A DNA stretch of 64,000 nt from Candidatus Jordarchaeum sp. LHC_1308 (GTDB lineage Archaea > Asgardarchaeota > Jordiarchaeia > Jordiarchaeales > Freyrarchaeaceae). The notes under the pieces are model-generated. The model was not told the origin of the DNA. It saw nothing but the letters and a program-made list of their open reading frames with translations, and made no database searches. A program made the position numbers and the translations under genes. Within the stretch, counting starts at the first letter, position 1. Every line of letters begins with the position of its first letter. The stretch covers positions 8,797 to 72,796 of the forward strand of contig JAHLWX010000001.1 in NCBI GenBank assembly GCA_019057675.1, given 5' to 3'. Shown here in pieces: positions 29,543 through 40,019 of this stretch.

Positions 29543-30184
29543 ATGCCTATTAGAGACATTGTCCTTAAGATAATAGAGGATCTTGAGGAGAGAGATAAAG
29601 TTAGAGAGAGGGTTTTATCTCTTTCAAGAGAAGTTGTAAGGTATGCAGGCTTCGCGATAAGAGCGATACATAGAGGCGAGCTGAAGGATGCTGAGGAAAA
29701 GTTGAGAATGGCGGAGGAACGCTTAAGTGATGCTGTGGCGACTACGACAAAGTATGATGAGTTCGTCTACAAGGGTTTCATGACTACGGCATTCCAAGAA
29801 TATATCGAAGCTCGCCTACTTCACGCTTTCATCACAGGTAGAGAAATTCCATCCCCTCAAGAGTTGAACGTGCCCAACATTCCATACCTGATGGCTCTGG
29901 GTGATTTCATCGGCGAGCTGCGACGCAACGTGATAATTTGTATGAAAGATGGAAGGTTTGAAAATGCCGAGAGAGCCCTAGAATTGATGGAAGAGGTATA
30001 CTTAAGCATGATGCTCGTCGACTATCCAGAGGTTTCCTCTCTGGGATTTAAGCAAAAATGTGACGTCGCCCGTAGCCTCCTAGAAAGGACGAGGGCTGAG
30101 TTACTCCTCATATCACAGGAGGCTAAGTTAGCAGAGAACATAGAGAAACTATTGAAGAGGTGGAAAGGGGAAAATGAAGTTTAA
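29543..30184 (+). CDS. Translin family protein
   Basis: RDKVRERVLSLSREVVRYAGFAIRAIHRGE, FQEYIEARLLHAFI, GDFIGELRRNV. Confidence 0.85.
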   Translation: MPIRDIVLKIIEDLEERDKVRERVLSLSREVVRYAGFAIRAIHRGELKDAEEKLRMAEERLSDAVATTTKYDEFVYKGFMTTAFQEYIEARLLHAFITGREIPSPQELNVPNIPYLMALGDFIGELRRNVIICMKDGRFENAERALELMEEVYLSMMLVDYPEVSSLGFKQKCDVARSLLERTRAELLLISQEAKLAENIEKLLKRWKGENEV

Positions 30185-31739
30185 CATTAAAAAACTGCTA
30201 GAAAAAGCCGAGGAAGATTATGAGGCAGCTTGGATTGAGTCACGTGAACTACTCAAAATAGATGGAAGATACTTCAGACCAAAGCCTCTCGGAAAGAGCA
30301 ATGAAATAATGGATTTCATAGAAGAAGTAAGAAAAACACTGGTGGAGATGGGTTTCGAGGAAGTAGTCCTGCCAGTGATCGTTGATGAGGGCGAAGTACG
30401 CAAGGAGTATGGTCCAGAGGCTACAGTCATCTTGGACAGAGTCTTTTACTTGGCAGGTTTACCTAGACCAGATGTGGGGCTAAGTAAAGAGGACATCGAA
30501 CACGTTAAGAAGCTGGTTCCCTCGTTTAACGAGTTTGAAAAACTGCGGGAGGTTCTCCGAAGATATAAAAAGGGGAAGATAGAGGCGGATGATCTAGTCG
30601 AGACAATGGTTAAGGAATTAGGGTTACGCGAAGATGATGCTACGAGAATAATAGATGCTGTTTTCCATGAGTTCAAGAAGCTTACCCCAATCTCGTCACC
30701 TCTCACCCTTAGATCACACATGACGGCGCTCTGGTTTCCAGTTCTTAGCGCGATCTACAAGTATAAGTGGAGAGAGTTGCCGGTTCAGCTTTTCACCATA
30801 GGACAGAAGTTTAGAAGAGAGCAGAAAATTGATCCAACACACCTTTACAGTTCGTACACAGCCTCTTTCGTGATAATGACTGAAGAAATAAGTTTAGAGG
30901 ACGGCAAAAATATTGTCCAAGAGTTCCTTAAAAAGTTGGGATTCCCGGATGCGAGTTTTAAACTTAAGACGGCGACTTCAAAGTATTATGCTCCTCAAAC
31001 CGAGTTCGAAGTCTTCATTCAGCATCCAGAAACTAAGGAATGGATAGAAGTTGGAGACTGTGGTTTTTACTCTCCTATCAGCCTTGCAAAGTACGACGTA
31101 GACGTACCCGTATTTAACGCAGGCTTCGGCGTTGAAAGGTTTGTCATGATAAGGACGGGTGAAACCGACGTACGACGGTTGACGTACCCCTACTTCTATA
31201 GGCGAGACATTTACTCCGATGAAGAAATAGCTGAGGGGATATGCTACGCGGAGAAGCCGGAAACAGAGCTTGGAGAAGAAATAATGAATGCGATAATCAA
31301 AGTGGCCGAGGCGCATAAAGATGCTGATGCGCCTTGCAAGTTTACCGCTTGGAAAGGTAAAGCTAGCGGAGGGGAGCTAACTGTGACCGTTTTCGAGGAA
31401 GAAGAGGGAGTTAAGCTACTTGGCCCAGCGGCACTAAACGTGATATGCGTCCACGAAGGAAACATTCTAGGTCTTCCACCATCCGAAGTTAAAGGAAAAA
31501 TAACCGGGTTAAGGTACTTGGACGGCGTAGCAGCACTTTTCGCCAGAAAAGTCGAGAAAGAAATTTTAGAGGAGGGGAAGCGCGAGGTTAACGTGAAGGT
31601 GAGGATGGCGAAAAAGCCCTCGGACGTTAACTTATACCTGAGTGAACAAGTTAGACATTACATTTCTTCAAAAAAGAAGAGAATAGATGTCAGAGGACCT
31701 GTATTTATAAGTCTAGCGGCTTCGTTAGAAGAGACGTAA
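30174..31739 (+). CDS. sepS: O-phosphoseryl-tRNA(Cys) synthetase (SepRS)
   Basis: MKFNIKKLLEKAEEDYEAAWIE, SSPLTLRSHMTALWFP, FRREQKIDPTHLYSSYTASFVIM, FGVERFVMI. Confidence 0.88.
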   Translation: MKFNIKKLLEKAEEDYEAAWIESRELLKIDGRYFRPKPLGKSNEIMDFIEEVRKTLVEMGFEEVVLPVIVDEGEVRKEYGPEATVILDRVFYLAGLPRPDVGLSKEDIEHVKKLVPSFNEFEKLREVLRRYKKGKIEADDLVETMVKELGLREDDATRIIDAVFHEFKKLTPISSPLTLRSHMTALWFPVLSAIYKYKWRELPVQLFTIGQKFRREQKIDPTHLYSSYTASFVIMTEEISLEDGKNIVQEFLKKLGFPDASFKLKTATSKYYAPQTEFEVFIQHPETKEWIEVGDCGFYSPISLAKYDVDVPVFNAGFGVERFVMIRTGETDVRRLTYPYFYRRDIYSDEEIAEGICYAEKPETELGEEIMNAIIKVAEAHKDADAPCKFTAWKGKASGGELTVTVFEEEEGVKLLGPAALNVICVHEGNILGLPPSEVKGKITGLRYLDGVAALFARKVEKEILEEGKREVNVKVRMAKKPSDVNLYLSEQVRHYISSKKKRIDVRGPVFISLAASLEET

Positions 31740-31741
31740 GG

Positions 31742-32419
31742 GTGGCTACATTGAACGAGGAATGGTTTACGCTGTATGAGATAGCATTAATGGGCGCATG
31801 CGAAGGAGGGGTTGATGTCTCATCAACGCGTCTTGCAGAGCGACTTGGGATTAGCCAGCAGACAGCCGCAAGAAGGCTCCAAGATTTAGAGAGGGAGGGG
31901 CTCATAGTCAGAGAGATAACGTCCAAGGGACAAATCGTTAGAATAACCAAGGAGGGCGTAAAGAAACTTTGGGAAGTTTATGTTGGGCTTAAAAAAGTTT
32001 TCGAGGAAAAACCTCAAACAGTCAAGATAAAAGGAGAGGTTTTCAGTGGAATGGGAGAGGGAAGGTATTACGTGTCCGTTGAAGGGTATAGGAGGCGTTT
32101 TGAGGAGAAGTTAGGATTCACGCCTTACCCGGGAACATTAAACTTAAAGTTGAAGTCGTACCATGATGTGCAGATGAGGAAGCTTCTGGAAGCTTACCCG
32201 GGGATCATTATAGAGGAGTTCGAGGAGGGAGGGCGTACTTTCGGTAGGGTGAAGTGTTTCAAGGCTCTAATTGAAGGTAAGATCGAGGGAAGCCTTTTGC
32301 TCATTAACAGGACGCATTACGGGGAGGACGTGGTGGAAGTCATTTCTCCCGTATTCCTTAGGGAAGCACTTAACTTGAAGGATGGAGGGAGTGTGACCGT
32401 CTACGTGATACTCGAATAA
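31742..32419 (+). CDS. ribK: CTP-dependent riboflavin kinase with N-terminal winged helix
   Basis: N-terminal HTH (LGISQQTAARRLQDLEREGLI) plus GRYYVSVEGYRRRFEEKLGFTPYPGTLNLKL. Confidence 0.9.
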   Translation: MATLNEEWFTLYEIALMGACEGGVDVSSTRLAERLGISQQTAARRLQDLEREGLIVREITSKGQIVRITKEGVKKLWEVYVGLKKVFEEKPQTVKIKGEVFSGMGEGRYYVSVEGYRRRFEEKLGFTPYPGTLNLKLKSYHDVQMRKLLEAYPGIIIEEFEEGGRTFGRVKCFKALIEGKIEGSLLLINRTHYGEDVVEVISPVFLREALNLKDGGSVTVYVILE

Positions 32420-32422
32420 AAA

Positions 32423-32902
32423 ATGATGGAGGCGGAAGCTGTGAAGAAAGTAATGGTCTTCGGGACGTTTGACGTACTACACGCCGGTCACTTAAAGTTC
32501 CTTGAAGAAGCGAAAAAGCTTGGAGGTGATGACGCGAAGCTTACTGTAGTGATAGCGAGAGACTCAACGGTACATAAAGTGCGAGGGCGCCCTCCGATAT
32601 TCAGCGAGGAGGATAGAAGGAGACTGGTAGAGGGGTTGAAGCCAGTTGACGAGGCCATTTTGGGACACGAAGGTGGTGACATGCTTAAAATAGTTGAGGA
32701 GAAGAGGCCTGACATCATAGTGCTTGGCTATGACCAGAGAAGGGATATGGATCAATTTGTTAGGGAGCTGAGGAGCAGGGGGATCAACGCCGAGGTTTAC
32801 CGACTTCCGAAGTATGGAGAGCTGAACAGCTCGAGCATAATCATTAGAAGAATAGTTGAGATGGCTAAGAGGTGGGGATTGGCAGGAGGGTTAGGGGGCT
32901 GA
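32423..32902 (+). CDS. ribL: FAD synthetase (archaeal RibL type nucleotidyltransferase)
   Basis: VFGTFDVLHAGHLKFLEEAKKLGG, LGYDQ; directly after ribK. Confidence 0.88.
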   Translation: MMEAEAVKKVMVFGTFDVLHAGHLKFLEEAKKLGGDDAKLTVVIARDSTVHKVRGRPPIFSEEDRRRLVEGLKPVDEAILGHEGGDMLKIVEEKRPDIIVLGYDQRRDMDQFVRELRSRGINAEVYRLPKYGELNSSSIIIRRIVEMAKRWGLAGGLGG

Positions 32903-33682
32903 GAGCGGGGCAGCCGCCAAGAGGCGAAGCGCCTCCGCCTCCTTAAAGTGAAGCTTACCAGTAACAATTAAAACATGAGGGGGAGAACCAAAGTCGTAGC
33001 TTATAAGGTTATGAGGATAATCCGCTTTAACAGTAGGATTCTTGGATCCCGCTCTTGCCACGCCGACCATTATGGTCTTCTCTAAGAGAGGCTCTTGAGG
33101 AGATAACTTACGCTCTAATTTTAGCAGGATCGCCACTCCTTCATTAACGGTCATGAAGCGTTTTTCCTCAGCCCTGACGTCAAGGAAAACCAATGTGTGC
33201 AGCCCACGATCCACGTTTTCTCTAACAACAAAATACGGAGTGTCAGGGAAGTAATTCTCCTCTGGGAATGGTATTGTTACAGATCTACCAAACTTATAGT
33301 TTTCAAGCCCGCAGATGCTTGGGGCCGCTGAGTAAATGGATACACCATGAATCACGCGCGTTTTTACTCCTAGTTTTTCGGCCTCCAGTCTAAGCGCAAT
33401 GTGCGTCGTAGCCACCATGGGGTCTCCGGGAACAAGAATTGCTACGCGTTTATCTCTTGCGCGATAAAGAAGTTCTCTCACGTTTTCTTCAACATCTTTT
33501 CTGGTGAGAAAACGGACATTCTTACCGATCAAGTTATCTAAGCTATCCTTCGTTAAGTCGCCTATAAGACTAGTGTAGGCTTCAAAGTATACCTCGTCTG
33601 CGGAACGGGCGGCATCCAGTCCTTTAAGAGTTATGTCATCTGCACCCCACAATCCTAAGCCAATGAAGATGAGCTCTCCCAA
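32891..33682 (-). CDS. dphB: Diphthine synthase
   Basis: LIFIGLGLWGADDITLKGLDAARSADEVYFEAYTS, VPGDPMVATTHIAL. Confidence 0.93.
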   Translation of the reverse strand: MGELIFIGLGLWGADDITLKGLDAARSADEVYFEAYTSLIGDLTKDSLDNLIGKNVRFLTRKDVEENVRELLYRARDKRVAILVPGDPMVATTHIALRLEAEKLGVKTRVIHGVSIYSAAPSICGLENYKFGRSVTIPFPEENYFPDTPYFVVRENVDRGLHTLVFLDVRAEEKRFMTVNEGVAILLKLERKLSPQEPLLEKTIMVGVARAGSKNPTVKADYPHNLISYDFGSPPHVLIVTGKLHFKEAEALRLLAAAPLSAP

Positions 33683-33697
33683 AGGGAAACCTCCAAC

Positions 33698-34858
33698 TTA
33701 CAGTTTGAGTTTTATTTCGTTTGGCTTTAAGACTCCCCTCTCGGTAACTACGAATGTGACATATTTTGCAGGAGTCACGTCGAATGCCAAGTTTCTTGCT
33801 CTAACGTCAGGATGTATTTTGACTTGAATAAATTTTCCTGAGTCAGGATCATATCCTTTCATTTGTGTGATTTCCTCTGGCGGACGTTCCTCGAACCTTA
33901 AAGATGAGCCTGAAAGGTCGAAGGTTGTAGTGGGCGCCGCAACTATGAATGGAACGCTATTCTCATGCGCTGCAACTGCAATCATGTAAGTTCCTATTTT
34001 GTTTATTACATCTCCGTTTGGAAGCACCCTGTCCGCGCCCACTAGGACGGAGTCGATTTCCCCTTTCTGGAGATAATAGCCTGCAGCTGCGTCAACTATA
34101 AGGCAGTGGGGAATTCCCTCTTGAATTAGCTCCCAGACGGTAAGTCTGCCCTGTAGCCAAGGGCGAGTTTCAGTAGCGTAAACAAAAATGTTCTTTCCCT
34201 GATAATGTGCAAACCGAACTATGCTTAGCGCGGTTCCGTAATCTACTGTTCCAAGCGCGCCCGGGTTACAATGAACCAAGATCCTAGCGCCTTTTGATAT
34301 TAAGCTACTTCCTAGTTCTCCTATTTTTCTGCAGGCTTCAATGTTCTCTTGAGCAATTTTTTTCGCTTCACGGAGAATTACTTGAGCTATGGCGTCGGAA
34401 GAGTTTAAGTCTACACATGTTTCCAAGACGCGTGTGATCATGTTCTGCATATCTACAGCTGTAGGCCTCGTGGAAAGGAGGCGGGCAGCAACCTTGCTAA
34501 GAAAAGTTTTAAGTTCGTTTGAGGGGAGGTGGCGGTTTTGAAGGGCTGCCTGAGCTAGACCGTAACACGCTGCCACTCCTATAGCTGGCGCTCCTCTAAC
34601 TTTCATCGTCCTTATAGCCTCAGCAACCTCCTCTACGCTCTTTGCTTTGTATATTGAGAATTCAAACGGGAGCTTTGTTTGATCGATCATGCAAACGGCG
34701 TCTTCCTCCATCCAGACCGTTTGGTACTCTCTCACCTCACCGCCCACTCTAACCTTCATGGCCACCATCTCGCAGAGGGAAACCTCTAGCAGATACTCAA
34801 AGATTCCCACTCTAATTTTTAACTCTATGATCCGCACGCTAAAAAGTCTGGCTCTCAT
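33698..34858 (-). CDS. mtnA: S-methyl-5-thioribose-1-phosphate isomerase / aIF2B-like
   Basis: AIRTMKVRGAPAIGVAACYGLA, LVHCNPGALGTVDYGTAL, VLVGADRVLPNGDVINKIGTY. Confidence 0.88.
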   Translation of the reverse strand: MRARLFSVRIIELKIRVGIFEYLLEVSLCEMVAMKVRVGGEVREYQTVWMEEDAVCMIDQTKLPFEFSIYKAKSVEEVAEAIRTMKVRGAPAIGVAACYGLAQAALQNRHLPSNELKTFLSKVAARLLSTRPTAVDMQNMITRVLETCVDLNSSDAIAQVILREAKKIAQENIEACRKIGELGSSLISKGARILVHCNPGALGTVDYGTALSIVRFAHYQGKNIFVYATETRPWLQGRLTVWELIQEGIPHCLIVDAAAGYYLQKGEIDSVLVGADRVLPNGDVINKIGTYMIAVAAHENSVPFIVAAPTTTFDLSGSSLRFEERPPEEITQMKGYDPDSGKFIQVKIHPDVRARNLAFDVTPAKYVTFVVTERGVLKPNEIKLKL

Positions 34859-34889
34859 GAAGAATCAAAAGCCATAAAGATGGGATTGG

Positions 34890-35456
34890 TCACTTTTTAT
34901 ATGCGGAGATCAAGTCGATCTTTGTTATTATTCCTAGTACTTCTCCTTTATCTACTACTAGGACGGCGGGATTCCCGGATACTATTAGGTGACGGACTAC
35001 GTCTACGCTGGTAGATGGGTTCACTGTGGGGAAGCTTTCCTCCATAAGTTCTCCGACTGTTTTATCAAAAACGTCCTTTCCCTCCGATAGGTATCTCATT
35101 ATGGTGCCCTCACTCAGACTGCCAACCAAGCGTCCCTCGTCTACGACTGGCAGTTGCGATATGCCTTTTTCCTCCATGAGACTAATGGCGTTCCTAACTA
35201 ACTCCCTAATGGAAATGGATATAACAGGGGAGAACATTATGTCCTTAGCGCATATTTTACCCTTGTTAAACTCGCTTAGTGCATTAACTATCTTTCTAAG
35301 CGTTGAGAGACGCGGATCAACGGAGCCGGACTCGATCCTAGCTATTAACGACTGACTTACACCAGCCATCTTTGCAAGTTCCTCCTGCGTAATGCCTAAA
35401 CGTTTCCTTGCTTGTTTAAGATCTTCTGGTGAGGGAATGTAGAACATCGACATCAC
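34890..35456 (-). CDS. XRE-family HTH with paired CBS domains, predicted regulator
   Basis: RLGITQEELAKMAGVSQSLIARIESG then CBS repeats ISLMEEKGISQLPVVDEG / AVLVVDKGEVLGIITKIDL. Confidence 0.88.
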   Translation of the reverse strand: MMSMFYIPSPEDLKQARKRLGITQEELAKMAGVSQSLIARIESGSVDPRLSTLRKIVNALSEFNKGKICAKDIMFSPVISISIRELVRNAISLMEEKGISQLPVVDEGRLVGSLSEGTIMRYLSEGKDVFDKTVGELMEESFPTVNPSTSVDVVRHLIVSGNPAVLVVDKGEVLGIITKIDLISAYKK

Positions 35457-35641
35457 CTTACAAAGAGGAGAAAAGGCTCTTCCCTTAAAGCAGGGCGTCG
35501 CTACTTATAGCTACTTATAATTAGGAGACTTTTACTTTTATTTTTTCCACGGTCTGTTTGTTTTTTAAACTAGAAGGAGATTTATAGGGGCAAGTGAGTC
35601 GTTAAACGTGGATAACGTAAAGGGTTCAGAAGGGTTACGGT

Positions 35642-37957
35642 GTGAAGAAAAGATGCGAAATCCTGTGCAGCGGAATAGTCCAAGGAGTTGGCATGCGCCC
35701 CTTCGTGTACCGGATAGCAGTCAAAAACAGCCTAACAGGCTACGTCCTTAACCTAGGTGATGCTGGAGTAAAAATAGTTGTTGAAGGAGAGGAAGAAGAC
35801 ATTAAGAGGTTTATGAGAGAGCTTAAGGAGAAAAAGCCTCCGTTGGCAAGGTTCGAGAAAGTAAGGACAAAGTGGGGGGAGGCACGCGAAGAGTTCAAGA
35901 CGTTCGCCATAGGGAAAAGCAGCAGTGAAAGGATACTTGAAAGCTCGTACATACCTCCAGACGTGGCAATATGCGATAACTGTATACAGGATATGTTAAA
36001 TCCCGACGATAGGCATTACAAGTATGCGTTCACATGCTGCGCAGACTGCGGTCCAAGGTACACGTCAATAATAAGCCTACCCTACGATAGAGAACTAACC
36101 ACAATGCGGGACTTCCCTCTGTGCCCTCACTGCATGGAGGAGTACACAAATCCTATGGATAGAAGGTATCATGCCCAAGGAATATGTTGCCCCCTTTGCG
36201 GACCAAAACTCACGCTTCATTCAAATGACGGCAAGCTCATAGACTGCAAGGACCCCATAGCAGAAGCAGCCAAACTGATAAATGAGGGAGCCATATTAGC
36301 TATAAAGGGGATAGGGGGAAGCCACTTAGCGGCGCTAACAACGGATGACGAATGCGTACTTAAGCTAAGGGAAAGGAAAAAAGATAGAAAGTATAAACCC
36401 TTCGCCGTTATGTCCCTGAGCATCGAGGAAGTAAGGAAGTACGCAGAAGTCACTCGAAGAGAAGAAAGGATCCTGACATCCTTCAGACGGCCCATAGTGC
36501 TCCTCAGGAAGAAAGAGGACTTTCCGCTTTCTGAGTGGGTTAGCCCTGGACTACACAACATTGGCGTGATGCTACCATACTCGGGACTACACATACTCCT
36601 GCTACGGGAGGTCGCAGACCCCGCAGTCATAATGACCAGCGGCAACGTGTCAGGGAAGCCAATAGCTGCAAGCAACGAGGAAATTCTCACTCATCTAAGC
36701 AATCTAGCAGACTACTTCCTACTCCACAACAGAGTGATATACCAGAGGTGTGACGACTCGGTTGTCAAGATAGTTGATGGGAAAGCTAAGCTGATACGCA
36801 GATCAAGAGGCTACGTGCCAGAACCAATAGAGACTCCTCTTCCATGTAAAGGGAGGGGACTACTAGCAGTCGGACCGGAACTGACTGTGACTGTGACCGT
36901 CATGAAGGGAAATAGATGCTATGCCAGTCAGCATGTAGGCGATGTCTCAGGCGACCTTGACATGGTGGAGTTCCACGAAAACGTCACAATGCACTTGTTA
37001 AAGCTTTTAAACGTAAAGCCTGAGGCTGTGGCATGCGACCTACACCCTCAATTCGTGACGACGAAAATAGCGGAAGAATACGCTGAAAAGTGGCAGGTCC
37101 CGCTAGTGAGAGTTCAGCATCATCAAGCCCACGCGGCCGCACTAAAGGCAGAGCACAAGGTGGATGAACCAATAGTCTGCATAACATGTGATGGCGTTGG
37201 CTACGGGCCAGATGGAACAATATGGGGCGGAGAGATATTGCTCTCAGATTACGCGTCAAGCGAAAGGCTCGGGCACCTCGCCCCACAGCTAATGCCTGGA
37301 GGCGACCAAGCCACTAAGTATCCCATGAGGATGGCGGCATCCATTCTCAGTCGAATTTTGTCTGACAGCGAGCTGAGAGACGTTCTCACATCAGAATACA
37401 TCGATGGATTCAAACATGGGGAAAAAGAGGTGGAAGTTGTCTTGAAACAAATAAGGGATGCTAAGGGGCCTTTCACGACTAGCACGGGGCGCGTCTTAGA
37501 CGCCATAGCAGCCCTGCTGAAGGTATGCATGAAGAAAACATATCAAGGAGAACCAGCAATGAGGCTTGAAGCAATAGCAACAAAAGGTAAACCAACCCTG
37601 AAAATAGAACCCAGAATAAGTAGCTCAAATGGACGGTATGTACTGGACACAAGTCAAATACTTTTTGAGGTGCTACAATCATTGGGAAAGCATAGAATAG
37701 AGGACTTGGCAGCATCCGCTCAGCGTGCTATAGCAATAGGGCTGGCTGATATCGCCGTGAACGTAGCGCAGAAAGAAGGCGTGAAGGTCGTAGGGTTTAC
37801 GGGAGGCGTAGCTTACAATGAAGCCATAACAAAAACCATAAGAAAGCACGTCGAGAAAAATGGGCTAGTTTTTATACAGCACTCAGTTATACCTCCAGGC
37901 GACGCCGGAGTGAGCATAGGGCAGGCAGTGGTGGCGGCATGCAGGTTACAGTATTAG
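35642..37957 (+). CDS. hypF: Carbamoyltransferase HypF, [NiFe] hydrogenase maturation
   Basis: Acylphosphatase domain, two zinc fingers, KGIGGSHLAA, HHQAHAAA, VVGFTGGVAYN. Confidence 0.95.
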   Translation: MKKRCEILCSGIVQGVGMRPFVYRIAVKNSLTGYVLNLGDAGVKIVVEGEEEDIKRFMRELKEKKPPLARFEKVRTKWGEAREEFKTFAIGKSSSERILESSYIPPDVAICDNCIQDMLNPDDRHYKYAFTCCADCGPRYTSIISLPYDRELTTMRDFPLCPHCMEEYTNPMDRRYHAQGICCPLCGPKLTLHSNDGKLIDCKDPIAEAAKLINEGAILAIKGIGGSHLAALTTDDECVLKLRERKKDRKYKPFAVMSLSIEEVRKYAEVTRREERILTSFRRPIVLLRKKEDFPLSEWVSPGLHNIGVMLPYSGLHILLLREVADPAVIMTSGNVSGKPIAASNEEILTHLSNLADYFLLHNRVIYQRCDDSVVKIVDGKAKLIRRSRGYVPEPIETPLPCKGRGLLAVGPELTVTVTVMKGNRCYASQHVGDVSGDLDMVEFHENVTMHLLKLLNVKPEAVACDLHPQFVTTKIAEEYAEKWQVPLVRVQHHQAHAAALKAEHKVDEPIVCITCDGVGYGPDGTIWGGEILLSDYASSERLGHLAPQLMPGGDQATKYPMRMAASILSRILSDSELRDVLTSEYIDGFKHGEKEVEVVLKQIRDAKGPFTTSTGRVLDAIAALLKVCMKKTYQGEPAMRLEAIATKGKPTLKIEPRISSSNGRYVLDTSQILFEVLQSLGKHRIEDLAASAQRAIAIGLADIAVNVAQKEGVKVVGFTGGVAYNEAITKTIRKHVEKNGLVFIQHSVIPPGDAGVSIGQAVVAACRLQY

Positions 37958-38463
37958 AATTTGCCAGCAACCATAAATGGCTTAGCATACTCATCGACTA
38001 GCTGAACCAATTGTTCCTCTAGTTTTTTGAGGTGAGGACTGGGATCCCCGTACTCTAACCCCAACCTTTCGCGATAACTCGAGATGAAGTTTGAGAGTTC
38101 AATGTAGGGTGCTAAGTTTGGAGTGTCCAGTAGTCCAATGTATCCTAAGAGGATTAACGTGTAAATTGACTTCACAACGTTCCTGCAAGCTTGCTCGAGT
38201 ACGCGTCTAAAAGCACCCTTTGTAACTCCGCGGGCAAAACGTGGCTTTCGACCTCTTGCACTTCTAGAGAACCTCAAGAGGCCTTTAAGGGAATACTGGA
38301 CTTCTCTTCCAGCGTTCTCATCTAGAAGGAAATGGATGATCAGCGTTTCAAGCTGTATCCGAGTGAGACTAGATGAAGGTAGGAGGCGAGAAATAAGTGG
38401 GTCGTTGAGGATACGCTGCAGAAAGCTCTCTAACTCGTTAAGTTCGCCGTCCACTTTGTCCAA
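37954..38463 (-). CDS. Conserved-looking helical protein, first gene at the 3' end of a minus-strand cassette
   Basis: Intact 169-aa ORF, RFARGVTKGAFRRVLEQACRNVVKSIYTLILLGYIGLL, 2-nt gap to next ORF. Confidence 0.7.
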   Translation of the reverse strand: MDKVDGELNELESFLQRILNDPLISRLLPSSSLTRIQLETLIIHFLLDENAGREVQYSLKGLLRFSRSARGRKPRFARGVTKGAFRRVLEQACRNVVKSIYTLILLGYIGLLDTPNLAPYIELSNFISSYRERLGLEYGDPSPHLKKLEEQLVQLVDEYAKPFMVAGKF

Positions 38464-38465
38464 CC

Positions 38466-38897
38466 TCAGCCACCTTCATTTTTCAACTTGCCGAGTGCGG
38501 TGTACTGCTCTTCTAGTAGCTGGAATAAACCAAGTTCCTTTAGCTCTAACTCGTCGAACACCGTCTTCATCTTCTCCAGTATGGCAAGTCTGCAGAATAC
38601 TGTTGCTCCGCGCTCTCCAAACTTCTTCTTAAGCAAGTAGATAAAGTTACTGGGAAGCCTCACGTTGAAGTTTTGATCAAGTCGAGTTTTAGGATCCTTT
38701 CTCACATAGACTATCTTCTCCACCACTTGAACGGGCAAGTGTCCTTTGTCCTCATCACCCAGAGAGAATGAGGCTGCTGGTTGATGGTGAGCCGCAGCAA
38801 CTTCCGCATAGTTTAGGGGGGCAGGAGACTGTGAGGGCTGCCCATACCTTTCCTGCTCCTTAACTTTCTTTGCTATATCGACCAGCCGCGTCATCAT
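38466..38897 (-). CDS. Small basic protein of unknown function
   Basis: 143-aa ORF tightly coupled to neighbours; LDQNFNVRLPSNFIYLLKKKFGERGATVFCRL. Confidence 0.65.
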   Translation of the reverse strand: MMTRLVDIAKKVKEQERYGQPSQSPAPLNYAEVAAAHHQPAASFSLGDEDKGHLPVQVVEKIVYVRKDPKTRLDQNFNVRLPSNFIYLLKKKFGERGATVFCRLAILEKMKTVFDELELKELGLFQLLEEQYTALGKLKNEGG

Positions 38898-38944
38898 ACC
38901 ACCAACATCGATACGTGATATCGATATCTGAAAATGAAGTCAGG

Positions 38945-40000
38945 TTACTCTGGAACCTCCTCGATGCATGGTAAAGCGTCCACCAATGCCCCGTCGATCA
39001 CAGGACTTCCTCCATCCCTGAACCTGCTAGCAGCGACGAACACCGCCTGATTACAGAGCATACGGAGGTCACGTCCCACGCCCATCGACTTCCGTTTCAG
39101 AACAGGAATAGCGTCATCGGTGAAGGGGTGTATTTCAAAAGAAGACTCGTCAAACTCCTTAAGGCGGCCGCTAGCCCAGTAAAGTCGCCTACCGATAAAC
39201 TCTCTGACGCCACGCTCATCCAACGGTTCAAGCTCAATCTCCCAGCACCTATCGTAGAGGTGAGGTACACCTTCTTTGAGACCTACAGCGTGGGTCTTAG
39301 TACCAGTCAAAACAAGCATGCATATCATCTGATCCTCATCGCCTTCTTCCGCAACCTGCTTAATCGCACTGATTTCCCCTTCATCAAGCTTCATCTTCTT
39401 AAGTTTGAGGAAACGCCTGAGTTCGTCTTCCTCCTCAACTACGAAGCGTTTTGCGTCCTTCAGCGTTAAGTCGCCAATCTCCTTAATCTTAACAAAAACC
39501 TCGACGTCGTTCTCGCCGAAATCATCAATGAATATCAACGTAAGATATCCACTCAAAAGATATCGAAGCATGATATCATACTTGATCAACACGTAAATGT
39601 CCTCAGCATTAGCAGAGCGAGGATATGGAATCCTAAGTTTTTTTGCCAAAACCTCGGCCATCTGCCTCACGTAAAGCTTACTCTGAGACACCATCACGGG
39701 GTAGAAGCGGTACTCTTGATCACCCTGCTTAGAAAGCTCCAAGAGGTCTCCGTAAATTAGCTCGAGAAGCATCGTTTTACCCATTCCAGGAAACTCGCTC
39801 GTTATCAGTATGTGCCGTTCCCTAGCCTTAATGTAGTCGTCAATCTCCACGATCACATCATGAGGAGCCACGAAGAGCTCGGGGTCGCTCAACCTTACAC
39901 TCGAAAACGGGTTCCATCTCCACCCGAAGAAAGAGTAATACGCATTTCTAATCTCAGCTACCGAAGGATAAATACGACCAACAGCACCTATGCGTTCCAT
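38945..40000 (-). CDS. AAA/P-loop ATPase, ExeA/Orc-like architecture
   Basis: FFGWRWNPFS N-terminus, Walker A SEFPGMGKT, Walker B LIFIDDFGEND; start reset to MERIGAVGR. Confidence 0.75.
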   Translation of the reverse strand: MERIGAVGRIYPSVAEIRNAYYSFFGWRWNPFSSVRLSDPELFVAPHDVIVEIDDYIKARERHILITSEFPGMGKTMLLELIYGDLLELSKQGDQEYRFYPVMVSQSKLYVRQMAEVLAKKLRIPYPRSANAEDIYVLIKYDIMLRYLLSGYLTLIFIDDFGENDVEVFVKIKEIGDLTLKDAKRFVVEEEDELRRFLKLKKMKLDEGEISAIKQVAEEGDEDQMICMLVLTGTKTHAVGLKEGVPHLYDRCWEIELEPLDERGVREFIGRRLYWASGRLKEFDESSFEIHPFTDDAIPVLKRKSMGVGRDLRMLCNQAVFVAASRFRDGGSPVIDGALVDALPCIEEVPE

Positions 40001-40019
40001 ACAACCACCTCCGACACCC

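Noticed and set aside
38945-40000. ATPase as a second Orc1/Cdc6 paralogue
   Set aside because: It has a Walker A/B but lacks the YxPxxLxxR-type N-terminus and clear wHTH tail seen in the 42704 gene; left as an ExeA/Orc-like ATPase of unknown function
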